27,726 bases of DNA. Source: Nitrospira sp. Its GTDB lineage: Bacteria > Nitrospirota > JACRHL01. The notes below the pieces were generated by a model. That model ran no database searches. It saw nothing but the letters and a program-made list of their open reading frames with translations, and had not been told where the DNA came from. The position numbers were made by a program, and so were the translations under genes. Below are positions 1 to 9,017 of this stretch, in pieces; the first letter of the stretch is position 1, and each line of letters starts with the position of its first letter. Location: positions 1 through 27,726 of the forward strand of contig JALWRU010000103.1 of assembly GCA_026994095.1 (NCBI GenBank), written 5' to 3'.

Positions 1-2
1 AG

Positions 3-863
3 ACCACCAGCGGACCGGCCCGCTATGACGTGGCCATCGTCGGCGGCGGCGCGTCTGGATGGCGACTGGCCACCCGTCTGGGGCCGACCGGCGACATCGC
101 AATACTGGACCGCCTGCCCCACGTGGATGGAATTGACCCGGAGTTGGATGAAGAGCGCAAGGCGGCCTTGAAAGAGGGCGTTACCTGGATTCCCCAGGAG
201 GTCTTCTCCATAGAGCCTGGCGAGGCAGAGATCCGCCTTATAACCGTCGACGATGTGGTGACTGCCCGCCGGGTAGTGATCGCCACCGGGGCCCGCGAGC
301 GGGACGATCAGTTACCCGGCGAAGCCGAGTTGCGCGGGCGCGGCGTAAGCCGCTGCGCCGAGTGTGACCGGGCCTTTTTTACCGGAGCTCCGGTAGTGGT
401 CGTCGGTACCGACGAGCGGGCCGCCAAAGCCGTTGCCATATTGGCTGAGGTCGCCAGTGAAGTCACCTTCATCTGTGGCGACGCAGAGCCTGCCATCTCT
501 CCTGAGACCCTTGCCATGCTGGATACACTGGCCAATGTCACCCTGCGCAACCGCGCCCGCGTGGCCTCGATTGACGGTACCGATCAGGTCACCGGCGTGA
601 GCCTGTCCTGTGGGGAGGAGACTGAACAGCTATCGGTCTCCGGGGTCTTCATGTATCTGAACGGTACCCGCCCGGCTACCGGTTTTGTGGAGCAGCTATT
701 GACCCTGGATAATGCCCAGGCGATTGTCGCCGAGCAGACCGGCCAAACATCGCTGGAGCGTTGTTATACGGTGGGGCCAGTGGCCAGCGCACTGGTTACT
801 GTATCGTCGGTATTTGATTGCCTGCAACGGGACCGCAGCCAACGGACCGCCCCCGCCTCGTAA
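3..863 (+). CDS. Thioredoxin-reductase-like FAD-dependent disulfide oxidoreductase, divergent; 5'-truncated by the window edge
   Basis: Frame is open from nt 3 (TTSGPARYDVAIVGGGASG), so the Rossmann motif begins before the GTG at 30 and the real start lies outside the window. Contains VVIATGA, LPGE.ELRGRGVSR-CAEC-D (CxxC at 354-365) and the VSGVFMYLNGTRP segment typical of TrxB. The NADPH-binding and C-terminal GD motifs are degenerate. Confidence 0.75.
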   Translation, partial: TTSGPARYDVAIVGGGASGWRLATRLGPTGDIAILDRLPHVDGIDPELDEERKAALKEGVTWIPQEVFSIEPGEAEIRLITVDDVVTARRVVIATGARERDDQLPGEAELRGRGVSRCAECDRAFFTGAPVVVVGTDERAAKAVAILAEVASEVTFICGDAEPAISPETLAMLDTLANVTLRNRARVASIDGTDQVTGVSLSCGEETEQLSVSGVFMYLNGTRPATGFVEQLLTLDNAQAIVAEQTGQTSLERCYTVGPVASALVTVSSVFDCLQRDRSQRTAPAS

Positions 864-884
864 AGCGAACCGGCTTCGCGACCG

Positions 885-1664
885 CTAGCGGGTCGGTAGC
901 TCCAGCATCTGCATGAGCGGGCCATAAAGTGGGCCGTTGCTGGCCACCAGCCCTTTGACCAACGGGTCCGGCTGATTAAAACGCTGGGTATCCCGACCGA
1001 GGATACGAAACTGCCCGCCCCCTTCGGTAAGCAGCAGGGTCCCGGCGGCAAAATCCCACTCGTTTTTGGGGGTCAGGGTAAAGGTCAGGTCGGCCTTTCC
1101 CGACGCCACCAACGCCAGCTTATAGGCGATGCTACCGATGGGGGTAATGGTAAAACCATCTTCAAACCGGTCAAACTCGCCACGCGCCACCTCTGACCGG
1201 CTGGCCAGAATCGAGGCCGACTCCAGCACCGCCAACGGGGTGGTCTGGACCGGTTCACCATTCAAGGTCAGCCCCTCGCCTTTCACCGCACAGAACATCT
1301 CGTCCAGCGCCGGGTTGTAAATGACCGCCACGGCGATCTCGCCCTCCACCGCCAGCGCGATGGAGATGGCAAACTGGGGGACTCCCTTGATGAACTCTTT
1401 GGTGCCGTCGATGGGGTCGACAATCCACACCCGAGAGCGGGACAGGCGCTCCGGCGAATCGACGGTCTCTTCGGATAGCCAGCCGTCCTCAGGTCGCGCC
1501 CCCAGCAGGGTGGTTTTGAGGATCTGGTCGGCCTCCAGATCGGCAGTTGTGACCGGGTTATCGACCCCCTTTTCACGCACCTCGAATTCGCTGCGAAAGT
1601 AGCCCCGTACGACCTCGCCCGCCTGACGGGCTGCTTTTTCCGCCAGTACTAAATCTGAATTCAA
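885..1664 (-). CDS. cysQ: 3'(2'),5'-bisphosphate nucleotidase CysQ (inositol monophosphatase family)
   Basis: Motifs NPVTTADLEAD, WLSEE, WIVDPIDGTKEFI, ILASRSE, GSIAYKLALVASG and EWDFAAG. DGTKEF plus SRS favours CysQ over SuhB. TTG at 1664 chosen because GGGGAG lies 6 nt upstream; the ORF track starts at 1688. Confidence 0.75.
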   Translation of the reverse strand: MNSDLVLAEKAARQAGEVVRGYFRSEFEVREKGVDNPVTTADLEADQILKTTLLGARPEDGWLSEETVDSPERLSRSRVWIVDPIDGTKEFIKGVPQFAISIALAVEGEIAVAVIYNPALDEMFCAVKGEGLTLNGEPVQTTPLAVLESASILASRSEVARGEFDRFEDGFTITPIGSIAYKLALVASGKADLTFTLTPKNEWDFAAGTLLLTEGGGQFRILGRDTQRFNQPDPLVKGLVASNGPLYGPLMQMLELPTR

Positions 1665-1730
1665 GCCGGACTCCCCTGCACCAACCAAACCGAGGGCGAT
1701 GCCCCCGCTAACAACGCCCTCATCTACCGC

Positions 1731-2249
1731 TCAGGCTTCCAGCAGGTCCAGTTGGTCTTCTGCTACTTTCGAGAAGGCATCCATCTGCTCTTCATCGGTG
1801 GTCAGACCATCCAGGTTGTTTTCAAAAATCTTGACAACCCAGTCGGACTGGTCGTGGGCGAAGGGCATCTGCTTATACCCTTCGTCGGCGACCAGCATGT
1901 CGATCTGCTCCTGATGAGCGTCGTTGCACTTGACCGCAAATGCAGTATTGATAAAACTCTCGCTGCGGTAGGAGATGCCGTACCAGCAGACCATGTCGTT
2001 ATGGTACGAAAAGATCCAGCCGTAGTAGCCGTCCCAGTCGTACTTTCGCTTGATGGCGATATCGAAGAAACGAGCGATCTCGCCAATCATGGTGCTCATC
2101 AACTTACCGAAGTTGTCTTTGACCAACTCCCGGTAGTTCTCAGCAAGGGCATCAGGAATAGTATCCGGATTCTCTTTCTGGGCGACTTCAAACGCCTTGA
2201 CCAGTTCAAAATCGTCGGAGGTAAAGGCCGCAAACCGGATCATCGCCAT
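1731..2249 (-). CDS. Hypothetical acidic protein, 172 aa
   Basis: GGAGG Shine-Dalgarno about 9 nt upstream of ATG 2249 (MAMIRFAAF). Codons are strongly C/G-ending like the housekeeping genes. No family recognised. Confidence 0.7.
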   Translation of the reverse strand: MAMIRFAAFTSDDFELVKAFEVAQKENPDTIPDALAENYRELVKDNFGKLMSTMIGEIARFFDIAIKRKYDWDGYYGWIFSYHNDMVCWYGISYRSESFINTAFAVKCNDAHQEQIDMLVADEGYKQMPFAHDQSDWVVKIFENNLDGLTTDEEQMDAFSKVAEDQLDLLEA

Positions 2250-2320
2250 CGAACACATCCTCCCGTAGGGGGGTCGCAGGTACAAACACGCGCCCCGTGC
2301 AATAATTTCAATACGCTAGT

Positions 2321-3451
2321 TTACGAGGATTGTGGCCCGTGGTGAAGCGAAAATCCATCGGCGGTGCGCTTATAGACCAATCCGACCGTTGCCACCGCAT
2401 CTACCAGGCCCTCTTTTTGGAGCGTCTGCAAACTGTCGGGGAAGCGTCCGTACACCAGTCGGTAGACCTTAATGGCCTGCCGTACGTTATGGTCGCGATA
2501 GCTGGCAGTGGAGGCCAGCAGACCGGTGCTGGCCTGATCGGTCGCCACCGAACCCATACCGACCACCAGACCCAGACAGAGGGCCATCACCAGCACGCAC
2601 AGCAGGCTTACCAATACCGGTGAACCCCGGCGCGCCCGGTGGCTGGCTGGCGCATCCGGTACCGCAACCACCGGAGCCGCCTGCGCCGCCTTGCGCTGGC
2701 TCACGCCCGACTGGGCAATCATGCCTTTTTCCAGCAACCCGGCCAGCGACTTTGATGAGGTAAACCCATCATAACGGCTGAGTTCATGGATCTCCCACAC
2801 ATCCCGATGGCCGTCCACCAGTTGCAGGATATGCTGCTCCTTGGCGGACAGTACATCCCATCCGGGCAGACCATCCACCCCTTCGGTGGCATCCAGCGCG
2901 GGGGCGTCTCCCGCGACGTTATGAAAAATCTGGTTGCCGTTGGAGATGTGTTGTTCGATCAGCGGCCACTCGTCAGCCCGCTGGGATGCCTCCATCAGGA
3001 TATCGTGGGTATCGATGGCCGACAGGGCCGCAGTCACCGGCAACGGCAGGGTCGCGTCACCACTAAAGGTGTAGTCGCCCTCCAGCCAGCCAAACAGTGA
3101 AAACATGGCGTTGCGACGATACTGATCCACCTGCTCCAGCAACAACGCCTGAGCCTCGTCGCTGGCACTTTCCAGCCCTCGATCAAGAGAGGTGCCGTCG
3201 GAACGGAACTTGTCTACAGCCCGCTGCCATGCACGTCCCGACACGCCGCCTTCACGCACCATCCGCCGACCCAGCTGGTCGAGAAACGGGGTGTCCGGAC
3301 TGTCGGCAAATACCAGGTCGCCATCCTGAAACGAAAACGACAGGGTCGACGTACGGGAGACTACTGTCAGCACACCGGTCTTGGCCTGCATCTTGATCAG
3401 TTGCAGAATATCGGTGGCGTTAAAATCGAGAAGCGATCCACTTAATGCCAT
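2321..3451 (-). CDS. DUF4388-like N-terminal domain membrane protein with a GspG-like C-terminal motif
   Basis: N-terminus MALSGSLLDFNATDILQLIKMQAKTGVLTV...FQDGDLVFA and LFSLFGWLEGDYTF match the DUF4388 pattern. Followed by a helix-turn-helix-like segment (LSAKEQHILQLVDGHRDVWEI), one hydrophobic TM (VLVSLLCVLVMALCLGLVVG) and the tail VRQAIKVYRLVYGRFPDSLQTL. Start set at ATG 3451; ORF track starts at GTG 3460. Confidence 0.7.
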   Translation of the reverse strand: MALSGSLLDFNATDILQLIKMQAKTGVLTVVSRTSTLSFSFQDGDLVFADSPDTPFLDQLGRRMVREGGVSGRAWQRAVDKFRSDGTSLDRGLESASDEAQALLLEQVDQYRRNAMFSLFGWLEGDYTFSGDATLPLPVTAALSAIDTHDILMEASQRADEWPLIEQHISNGNQIFHNVAGDAPALDATEGVDGLPGWDVLSAKEQHILQLVDGHRDVWEIHELSRYDGFTSSKSLAGLLEKGMIAQSGVSQRKAAQAAPVVAVPDAPASHRARRGSPVLVSLLCVLVMALCLGLVVGMGSVATDQASTGLLASTASYRDHNVRQAIKVYRLVYGRFPDSLQTLQKEGLVDAVATVGLVYKRTADGFSLHHGPQSS

Positions 3452-3488
3452 CGCCAGCACCCTTGTTCTATGGACCGAGCAGGACCCA

Positions 3489-5369
3489 TCAACTCACCTT
3501 TTGACGTTCGATCGCGCCGGTACGCAGGTAGACCCACAGCAGATGGGCGCACAACAGCGCACCACCCGCCAGACGGGCGACCGGCCAGCCGTCCTGGGGG
3601 ACACCCACCGACCACTCGGGAATGGTGCCCAGCAGCACCACCCACCAGCCCATGAAGGCAAACAACATCAGGTGCGCAGTGGCGCGGCCATAACGCTGCC
3701 GCTGCACCTCCTGAACGCCGGGAATCAAGCGCGCTGCAAGATGCCACGGAATCCGGCTGACAAAACGAAAACGATCCCGGGCGATGGCCACCTGTAGCGG
3801 AGAGACCTCGCTATGCCCCAAATGGTCGCCGCAGGACCGGCACAGGTGCAGATCCCCGACAAAGCTCATACATTTCTGGCATACCCCGGTATGGCAAAAA
3901 TCGCAGGGGATCACCCGTCGGGCCGCTTGCAAACGCGCAAGTACCACCGTTAACACCGTAAAGAGAAGCAACAGCACGGGCGCAAACAGGGGCGGGACGC
4001 CACCAAATAGCGCCTGCCACAACACCACTGCGGCCTGATTCCAGCCGCTGGAACTGGACAGTAAAATGGTGCGGGAGTCGATGTTGGTCAGCCCCATGGG
4101 TACCAATACCGCTTTGCCATCTTCATTGCCCACGCGAGAGACCCGCAAATAACCGTCTGCATCGATCTGTCTGGCCCGGTCGAAGCTGATGCGGGCACCA
4201 TCGAAATCGAGCATCCGGGACTGGGTCTGGCCCAGATTGTAGAGCGTCTCTACCGGCACCTTGTCGCCCTTGCTGATCTGCAAAAACAGCTGATAGGCCT
4301 CATTCACCTGGCCGGAACGAAAACGGGCAGTCGCTACATTGTGGGCGATGCGTATCGGGTCGCCCCCCAGATCCTGCGCCCTGGCATACCAGCCGATGGC
4401 CTGATCGTACTGGCCTGCGCGCAAAGCACCGTTGCCCAGTGCAAAGGCCACCTGCCAGCCACCTTGATGGCCCTCTTTGGGGAGTTTGCCTACCTGTGGA
4501 GTGAGCGCGCCCTGGCTCTCTTTCATGGCCAGATAGGCCAGCCCCTTGTTCGGTTCAGAGATCGCCAGCATGGGCGACACCATCCACGGGCCCAGCAGGA
4601 CTCCGACCAGCAGCACCACCTGCGCCTTGCGCAGCCGTTGACGGTCCCCCGCCCACGCCACCATGGCCCAGATCAAAACGACCCACCCAATCCCCCAGTC
4701 GGCGGCAAACGGTAGCGCCAGCAGGGCCAGCAGGGCCCCCCACGCCAACAGACCGGGAACCCGCAAGCCACCCGCCTCCTGCACCAAATGATGGCAGGAG
4801 ACCAAACTGGCTTTTAAACCGGGGATCAAAAACACCACCAGACAGGTGGCAGCAGCCAACCAGAATACGATGACCCCGTAGCTCATCCACACCAGCCCCA
4901 CCCACGGGTGGGAGACGCCGACTGCCGCCGCTTTTAACATCCATGCAATGGCCAGCGGAATACGATGCTGCTTCCAGTAGACCGATGACAGTGAGAGATA
5001 TCCCTCCGGCACGCCGGGGGCCACCAGTATCGCGGCCTGAGCAAAGACCTCGGCCTGGCGGTATTCATTTGCCAAAGAGGCCTCGCGGGCCCAGCGCGAC
5101 AGGGCCAGTGCGGGGGCTTCGAGATTGTGTAAACCTTGTGCGTCTCGAGCCACGATCAACGTGCGTATCGCTGGCCCCAGTTCTACATCGACCTTGCCGT
5201 TGAGTGCCACCTGACGGGCAGCCTCCCAGGCCGAGGGAAGGTCGGGTCTGTTGGGTACCGGCTCGGCGCTATGACCTGTGGGCACAACGCTCAGTAATAA
5301 CCCTGCCATCAGCAACCCGATCGACAGCCACAAACGGGCGCGACGATATGAAGGGTCAAGGCGCGCCAT
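3489..5369 (-). CDS. Multi-pass membrane protein with TPR repeats and a six-Cys zinc-finger-like cluster
   Basis: Signal-like N-terminus. TPR-like helices (A..LAPGVPEGYLSLS; ALGNGALRAGQYDQAIGWYARA; LYNLGQTQSRMLDFDGARISFDRARQID), about 7 hydrophobic segments, and CDFC-x4-CQKC-x9-CRSC. Starts 2 nt after the plsY stop. Confidence 0.75.
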   Translation of the reverse strand: MARLDPSYRRARLWLSIGLLMAGLLLSVVPTGHSAEPVPNRPDLPSAWEAARQVALNGKVDVELGPAIRTLIVARDAQGLHNLEAPALALSRWAREASLANEYRQAEVFAQAAILVAPGVPEGYLSLSSVYWKQHRIPLAIAWMLKAAAVGVSHPWVGLVWMSYGVIVFWLAAATCLVVFLIPGLKASLVSCHHLVQEAGGLRVPGLLAWGALLALLALPFAADWGIGWVVLIWAMVAWAGDRQRLRKAQVVLLVGVLLGPWMVSPMLAISEPNKGLAYLAMKESQGALTPQVGKLPKEGHQGGWQVAFALGNGALRAGQYDQAIGWYARAQDLGGDPIRIAHNVATARFRSGQVNEAYQLFLQISKGDKVPVETLYNLGQTQSRMLDFDGARISFDRARQIDADGYLRVSRVGNEDGKAVLVPMGLTNIDSRTILLSSSSGWNQAAVVLWQALFGGVPPLFAPVLLLLFTVLTVVLARLQAARRVIPCDFCHTGVCQKCMSFVGDLHLCRSCGDHLGHSEVSPLQVAIARDRFRFVSRIPWHLAARLIPGVQEVQRQRYGRATAHLMLFAFMGWWVVLLGTIPEWSVGVPQDGWPVARLAGGALLCAHLLWVYLRTGAIERQKVS

Positions 5370-5371
5370 CG

Positions 5372-5959
5372 CTATCCGCTGGCACCTCCTGTCAATTGGC
5401 GAATATTATCTTTGTGGCGCACCAGTACCAACGCCGACAGGGCGCAACTGAACCACACCAGTCCGGGGGTGGTGGCCCAGCCCGCCAGCGTCAAACCACC
5501 GGTCACCAGCGGCAGGCTGCCGTAGGACGTCAACGCACCCACCGCAGAAATGTGGCTCAACCTGGCCGCAAGCAGCCACACCACGAATGCGATCAACGCT
5601 GTCGGTAAATTGAGCACCATCAATACTCCAAACCCGGTGGCCACTCCCTTGCCACCGCGAAAACCCAAATAGACCGGGAAGATATGCCCGATCACCGCCG
5701 CTCCTGCCGCAACCACTGCCAACGAGTCTCCCCCCCAGTAAACCGCCAGCCATACGGCCAGCGCCCCTTTGCAGGTATCCCCCGCCAGGGTCAGCGCTCC
5801 CGCGCGTTTACCGAGCACCCGTGCGGCATTGGTTGCACCAATATTACCGCTGCCGTGGTCGCGCAGATCGACTGCGCCACTCTTGGCAATCAGGTGGCCA
5901 AACGGCACTGCGCCGATCAGATAAGCCACCATTACCAAGGCGAACTCCATCCAGTTCAT
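5372..5959 (-). CDS. plsY: Glycerol-3-phosphate acyltransferase PlsY
   Basis: YLIGAVPFG, GSGNIGATNAARVLG, DTCKG, GHIFPVYLGFRGGKGVATG and RHKDNIRQL motifs. GGAG 7 nt upstream of the ATG. Confidence 0.95.
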   Translation of the reverse strand: MNWMEFALVMVAYLIGAVPFGHLIAKSGAVDLRDHGSGNIGATNAARVLGKRAGALTLAGDTCKGALAVWLAVYWGGDSLAVVAAGAAVIGHIFPVYLGFRGGKGVATGFGVLMVLNLPTALIAFVVWLLAARLSHISAVGALTSYGSLPLVTGGLTLAGWATTPGLVWFSCALSALVLVRHKDNIRQLTGGASG

Positions 5960-6091
5960 CGGTCTACTCCGTACAAAAGTTGATGCCGGATCGGACGTAA
6001 ATACAGGAATATGGGCAGGATGTCAGACAACAAACCAGCCCGTTGACGGGGTTTATCGCTGCCGCTGCCCAGCACAAGGCAGCCGCGCTAC

Positions 6092-6652
6092 TCAGGAATC
6101 CTTGACCGGTGCGCCGGCTGCACCATTGATATAGGCAACCCCGTACCGAATGCCGGAATAGAGTGCCAATAGAAGCGAACCCCACAGCACCCAGGTGCCG
6201 ATTATCGCCACATTGAAGATCCAGAACTGCCAGCCCAACACCAACATGATGATGGCGGTGATCTGGGCGACGGTTTTCCATTTACCCCAATCGTCGGCGG
6301 GCATGACGACCCCCTCTGCGGCGGCAATGGCCCGCAAGCCGGTTACCGCCATCTCACGCCCCAGGATGAGAATCACGATCCAGGCCGGAGCCAGACCGCG
6401 CTCCACCAGCATGACCAGCCCGGCGATAATCAGCAGTTTGTCGGCGATGGGGTCGAGCAGTTTGCCGAGGGCAGTTACCTCGTTGTTTTTACGGGCCAGA
6501 TAGCCGTCCACAAAGTCGGTCACCGCTGCCACCAGAAAGACCAGCGCAGCCCAGAAATCGCGCATGGGATCGGCCTCGAACATCAGCACCACAAACACCG
6601 GAATGAGTGCAATGCGCGACAGGGTTACGCTGTTGGGAGCATTCAAACTCAT
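6092..6652 (-). CDS. pgsA: CDP-diacylglycerol--glycerol-3-phosphate 3-phosphatidyltransferase
   Basis: NAPNSVTLSRI, CDP-alcohol phosphotransferase motif TDFVDGYLARK...GKLLDPIADK, REMAVTGLR and GKWKTVAQ. ATGA overlap with kdsC. Confidence 0.93.
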   Translation of the reverse strand: MSLNAPNSVTLSRIALIPVFVVLMFEADPMRDFWAALVFLVAAVTDFVDGYLARKNNEVTALGKLLDPIADKLLIIAGLVMLVERGLAPAWIVILILGREMAVTGLRAIAAAEGVVMPADDWGKWKTVAQITAIIMLVLGWQFWIFNVAIIGTWVLWGSLLLALYSGIRYGVAYINGAAGAPVKDS

Positions 6653-7188
6653 TGGAAACGTGCCAAAAATGCCGCCCAGCGACCCTGTGATTTCAACACC
6701 AGTTCCGCGACCTCCCGCACTGCCCCCAAGCCACCACTGGCCTGTGTTACATAGTGGGCCACGGCACGCACATCAGAGACCCCGTTGGGGACCGCACAGG
6801 CCAGCCCTACAACCTTTAACAGGGACAGGTCAATCAGGTCATCCCCCACAAAAGCGACCTGCTCCAGGGACAGGCCCCGGCTGGGTAACAGGGCCTCTGC
6901 TGCGCCACGTTTGTCGCGGCAGTGCTGCTCGACAATGTGAATGTCCAGTTCGGCCGCCCGGTTGGACACCACCGACGCGCCACGACCGGAGATAATTCCC
7001 ACCTCAATACCGGATTTTTGCAGGGCGCGAATGCCCAGCCCGTCCAGGCTGTAAAAGGTCTTGCCCTCACCCTGATCGGTCATGTGAATATGGCCATTGG
7101 TCATCACCCCGTCCACATCCAGCAGCACCAGCCGAATGGCATCGGCGCGGCTGCGAACGTCGTCGGATACCAGATCAATATCGACCAT
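6649..7188 (-). CDS. kdsC: KDO 8-phosphate phosphatase (HAD family)
   Basis: LLDVDGVMTNG, DGLGI, IISGR, VGDDLIDL and GGLGAVREVAELVL motifs; located in the kds cluster. Confidence 0.92.
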   Translation of the reverse strand: MVDIDLVSDDVRSRADAIRLVLLDVDGVMTNGHIHMTDQGEGKTFYSLDGLGIRALQKSGIEVGIISGRGASVVSNRAAELDIHIVEQHCRDKRGAAEALLPSRGLSLEQVAFVGDDLIDLSLLKVVGLACAVPNGVSDVRAVAHYVTQASGGLGAVREVAELVLKSQGRWAAFLARFQ

Positions 7189-7191
7189 CGT

Positions 7192-8175
7192 TCAGCCCAG
7201 CCCCAACTGTAGTAGATCGTGCAGATGCACCAGTCCCACCAGCTTGCCATCTTGTGCCACGACCAGACTGGTAATGGCGTGTTGTTCCATCAATACCACC
7301 GCCTCCGCCGCCATGGTGTCGGGTGTGACCTGTTTGGGCGAGGCGGTCATCATCTGTTGTGCCGAGGCATCTAAAAAATCGGCCCCGTCGGTCAGGTGCC
7401 GCCGCAGATCGCCATCACTGATGACCCCCAGCAAGCGACCATCGTCGTCGATGACCGTGGTAATGCCCAGCCGCTTTTGGGTGATCTCGACGATGGCCTC
7501 GCGCATGGGGGTGTCCGGGCCGACGGTGGGCAACTCGTCGCCCGTGTGCATACCGTCACGCACCCGTGTCAACAGCCGCCGTCCCAACGCCCCGCCCGGA
7601 TGAGACAGGGCAAAATCCTGCTCGCCAAACCCCTTACGATCCAGCAGCGCCACCGCCAGTGCATCGCCCATGGCCAAGGATGCGGTAGTGCTGGTGGTAG
7701 GGGCCAGTCCAAGTGAGCAGGCCTCCTCTTTCACACCGACATCCAACACCACTTCCGCCGCCCGTCCCAGACTGGAATCCGCCCGCCCTACCAGCGCAAC
7801 AATCGGTACTTCCAACAGCTTCAACGACGGCAGGATACTCACCAATTCGGCGGTTTCACCGCTGTTGGAGAGGGCCACCACCACATCCTTGCGGGTGACG
7901 ATGCCCAAATCCCCGTGCAGCCCTTCCGCCGGGTGTAAAAAGAACGCCGGAGTGCCGGTGCTGGCCATGGTGGCGGCAATCTTGCGACCAATATGGCCCG
8001 ACTTGCCCATGCCGGTCACCACCACTTTGCCAGTGGTAGTCTCCAGCAGGGTCACCGCCTGCGCAAAGGTGTCATCAATCCGGGCCTTTAAATCCAGAAT
8101 CCCGGCGGCTTCAATCTCCAGCACCCGCTGCCCTTGCAGGATCGCCTGATCGTGGGGGTGAGACGGTCCGCTCAT
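7192..8175 (-). CDS. kdsD: Arabinose-5-phosphate isomerase (KpsF/GutQ family; SIS domain plus CBS pair)
   Basis: VVVTGMGKSGHIGRKIAAT, HPAEGLHGDLG, SNSGET, LAPTTSTTA, HPGGALG and two C-terminal CBS domains. Confidence 0.93.
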   Translation of the reverse strand: MSGPSHPHDQAILQGQRVLEIEAAGILDLKARIDDTFAQAVTLLETTTGKVVVTGMGKSGHIGRKIAATMASTGTPAFFLHPAEGLHGDLGIVTRKDVVVALSNSGETAELVSILPSLKLLEVPIVALVGRADSSLGRAAEVVLDVGVKEEACSLGLAPTTSTTASLAMGDALAVALLDRKGFGEQDFALSHPGGALGRRLLTRVRDGMHTGDELPTVGPDTPMREAIVEITQKRLGITTVIDDDGRLLGVISDGDLRRHLTDGADFLDASAQQMMTASPKQVTPDTMAAEAVVLMEQHAITSLVVAQDGKLVGLVHLHDLLQLGLG

Positions 8176-9017
8176 CGGGGTGCCAGCGGGGTCAAATGCG
8201 GCAGTACCGCAGCCCGTACGTCCTGTAACGATTTCAGCAGTGCGCCGATCTCTGCCAGTGGAATCTGGTTGGGGCCATCGGATTTAGCGCAGGACGGGTC
8301 CGGGTGGACCTCCATAAACAGGCCGTCACAGCCCGCCGCCACCGCCGCGCGGGTGAGGGTCGGCACAAACCGCCGGTCGCCGCCAGAGGTACTGCCCGCC
8401 CCGCCCGGCATCTGCACACTGTGGGTGCCATCAAACACAATCGGGTGGCCGCTCTGGGCCATGATGGGGATGGAGCGCATGTCGGACACCAGGTTGCGAT
8501 AACCAAAGCTGGCACCGCGCTCGGTCAACATGATGCGTTCGCAGCCGGAGGCCTCCAGCTTACCCACCACGTGAGTCATGTCATCCGGTGACAGAAACTG
8601 CCCTTTTTTGACGTTCACCACCTTGCCGGTGGCCGACGCCGCTACCAGCAGGTCGGTCTGGCGACACAGGAATGCCGGGATCTGCAAGATGTCCAGCACC
8701 TCCCCTGCCACCCGGATTTCATGCTCGGAATGCACATCCGACAGTATCGGTACCCCCACCTGCTCCCGCACCCTGGCCAGCAGCGCCAACCCGTCTTCCA
8801 GCCCCGGACCCCGATAGGAGTCGATGGCGGTACGGTTGGCCTTGTCGTAAGACGCCTTGAAGATAAACGGGATACCCAGCTCGGCGGTGATGTCCCGCAG
8901 CCGCTTGGCAGTGTCCAAAATCATCGGGTCGGACTCGATTACACACGGCCCGCCAATAAAAAACAGCGGTCCGCCGCCGCCCAGTGTCAGGTCACCTACG
9001 GAAATGGAACGGCTCAC
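8172..9017 (-). CDS. kdsA: KDO 8-phosphate synthase
   Basis: [57 protein letters not shown] and MEVHPDP motifs. Start corrected to GTG 9017, which gives a GTGA overlap with the pyrG stop and has AAGGGG upstream; the ORF-track start at 9131 lies inside pyrG. Confidence 0.95.
   Translation of the reverse strand: MSRSISVGDLTLGGGGPLFFIGGPCVIESDPMILDTAKRLRDITAELGIPFIFKASYDKANRTAIDSYRGPGLEDGLALLARVREQVGVPILSDVHSEHEIRVAGEVLDILQIPAFLCRQTDLLVAASATGKVVNVKKGQFLSPDDMTHVVGKLEASGCERIMLTERGASFGYRNLVSDMRSIPIMAQSGHPIVFDGTHSVQMPGGAGSTSGGDRRFVPTLTRAAVAAGCDGLFMEVHPDPSCAKSDGPNQIPLAEIGALLKSLQDVRAAVLPHLTPLAPR

Noticed and set aside
864-897. Hairpins between the convergent trxB-like and cysQ genes (GCGAA-N5-TTCGC; CCGCTAGCGG)
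   Set aside because: Short stems with no U-tract on either strand, so they cannot be called terminators.
3891-3905. CxxCH (CDFCH) as a c-type heme site
   Set aside because: It is part of a six-Cys cluster predicted to be cytoplasmic, whereas heme c attachment occurs in the periplasm. A zinc finger fits better.
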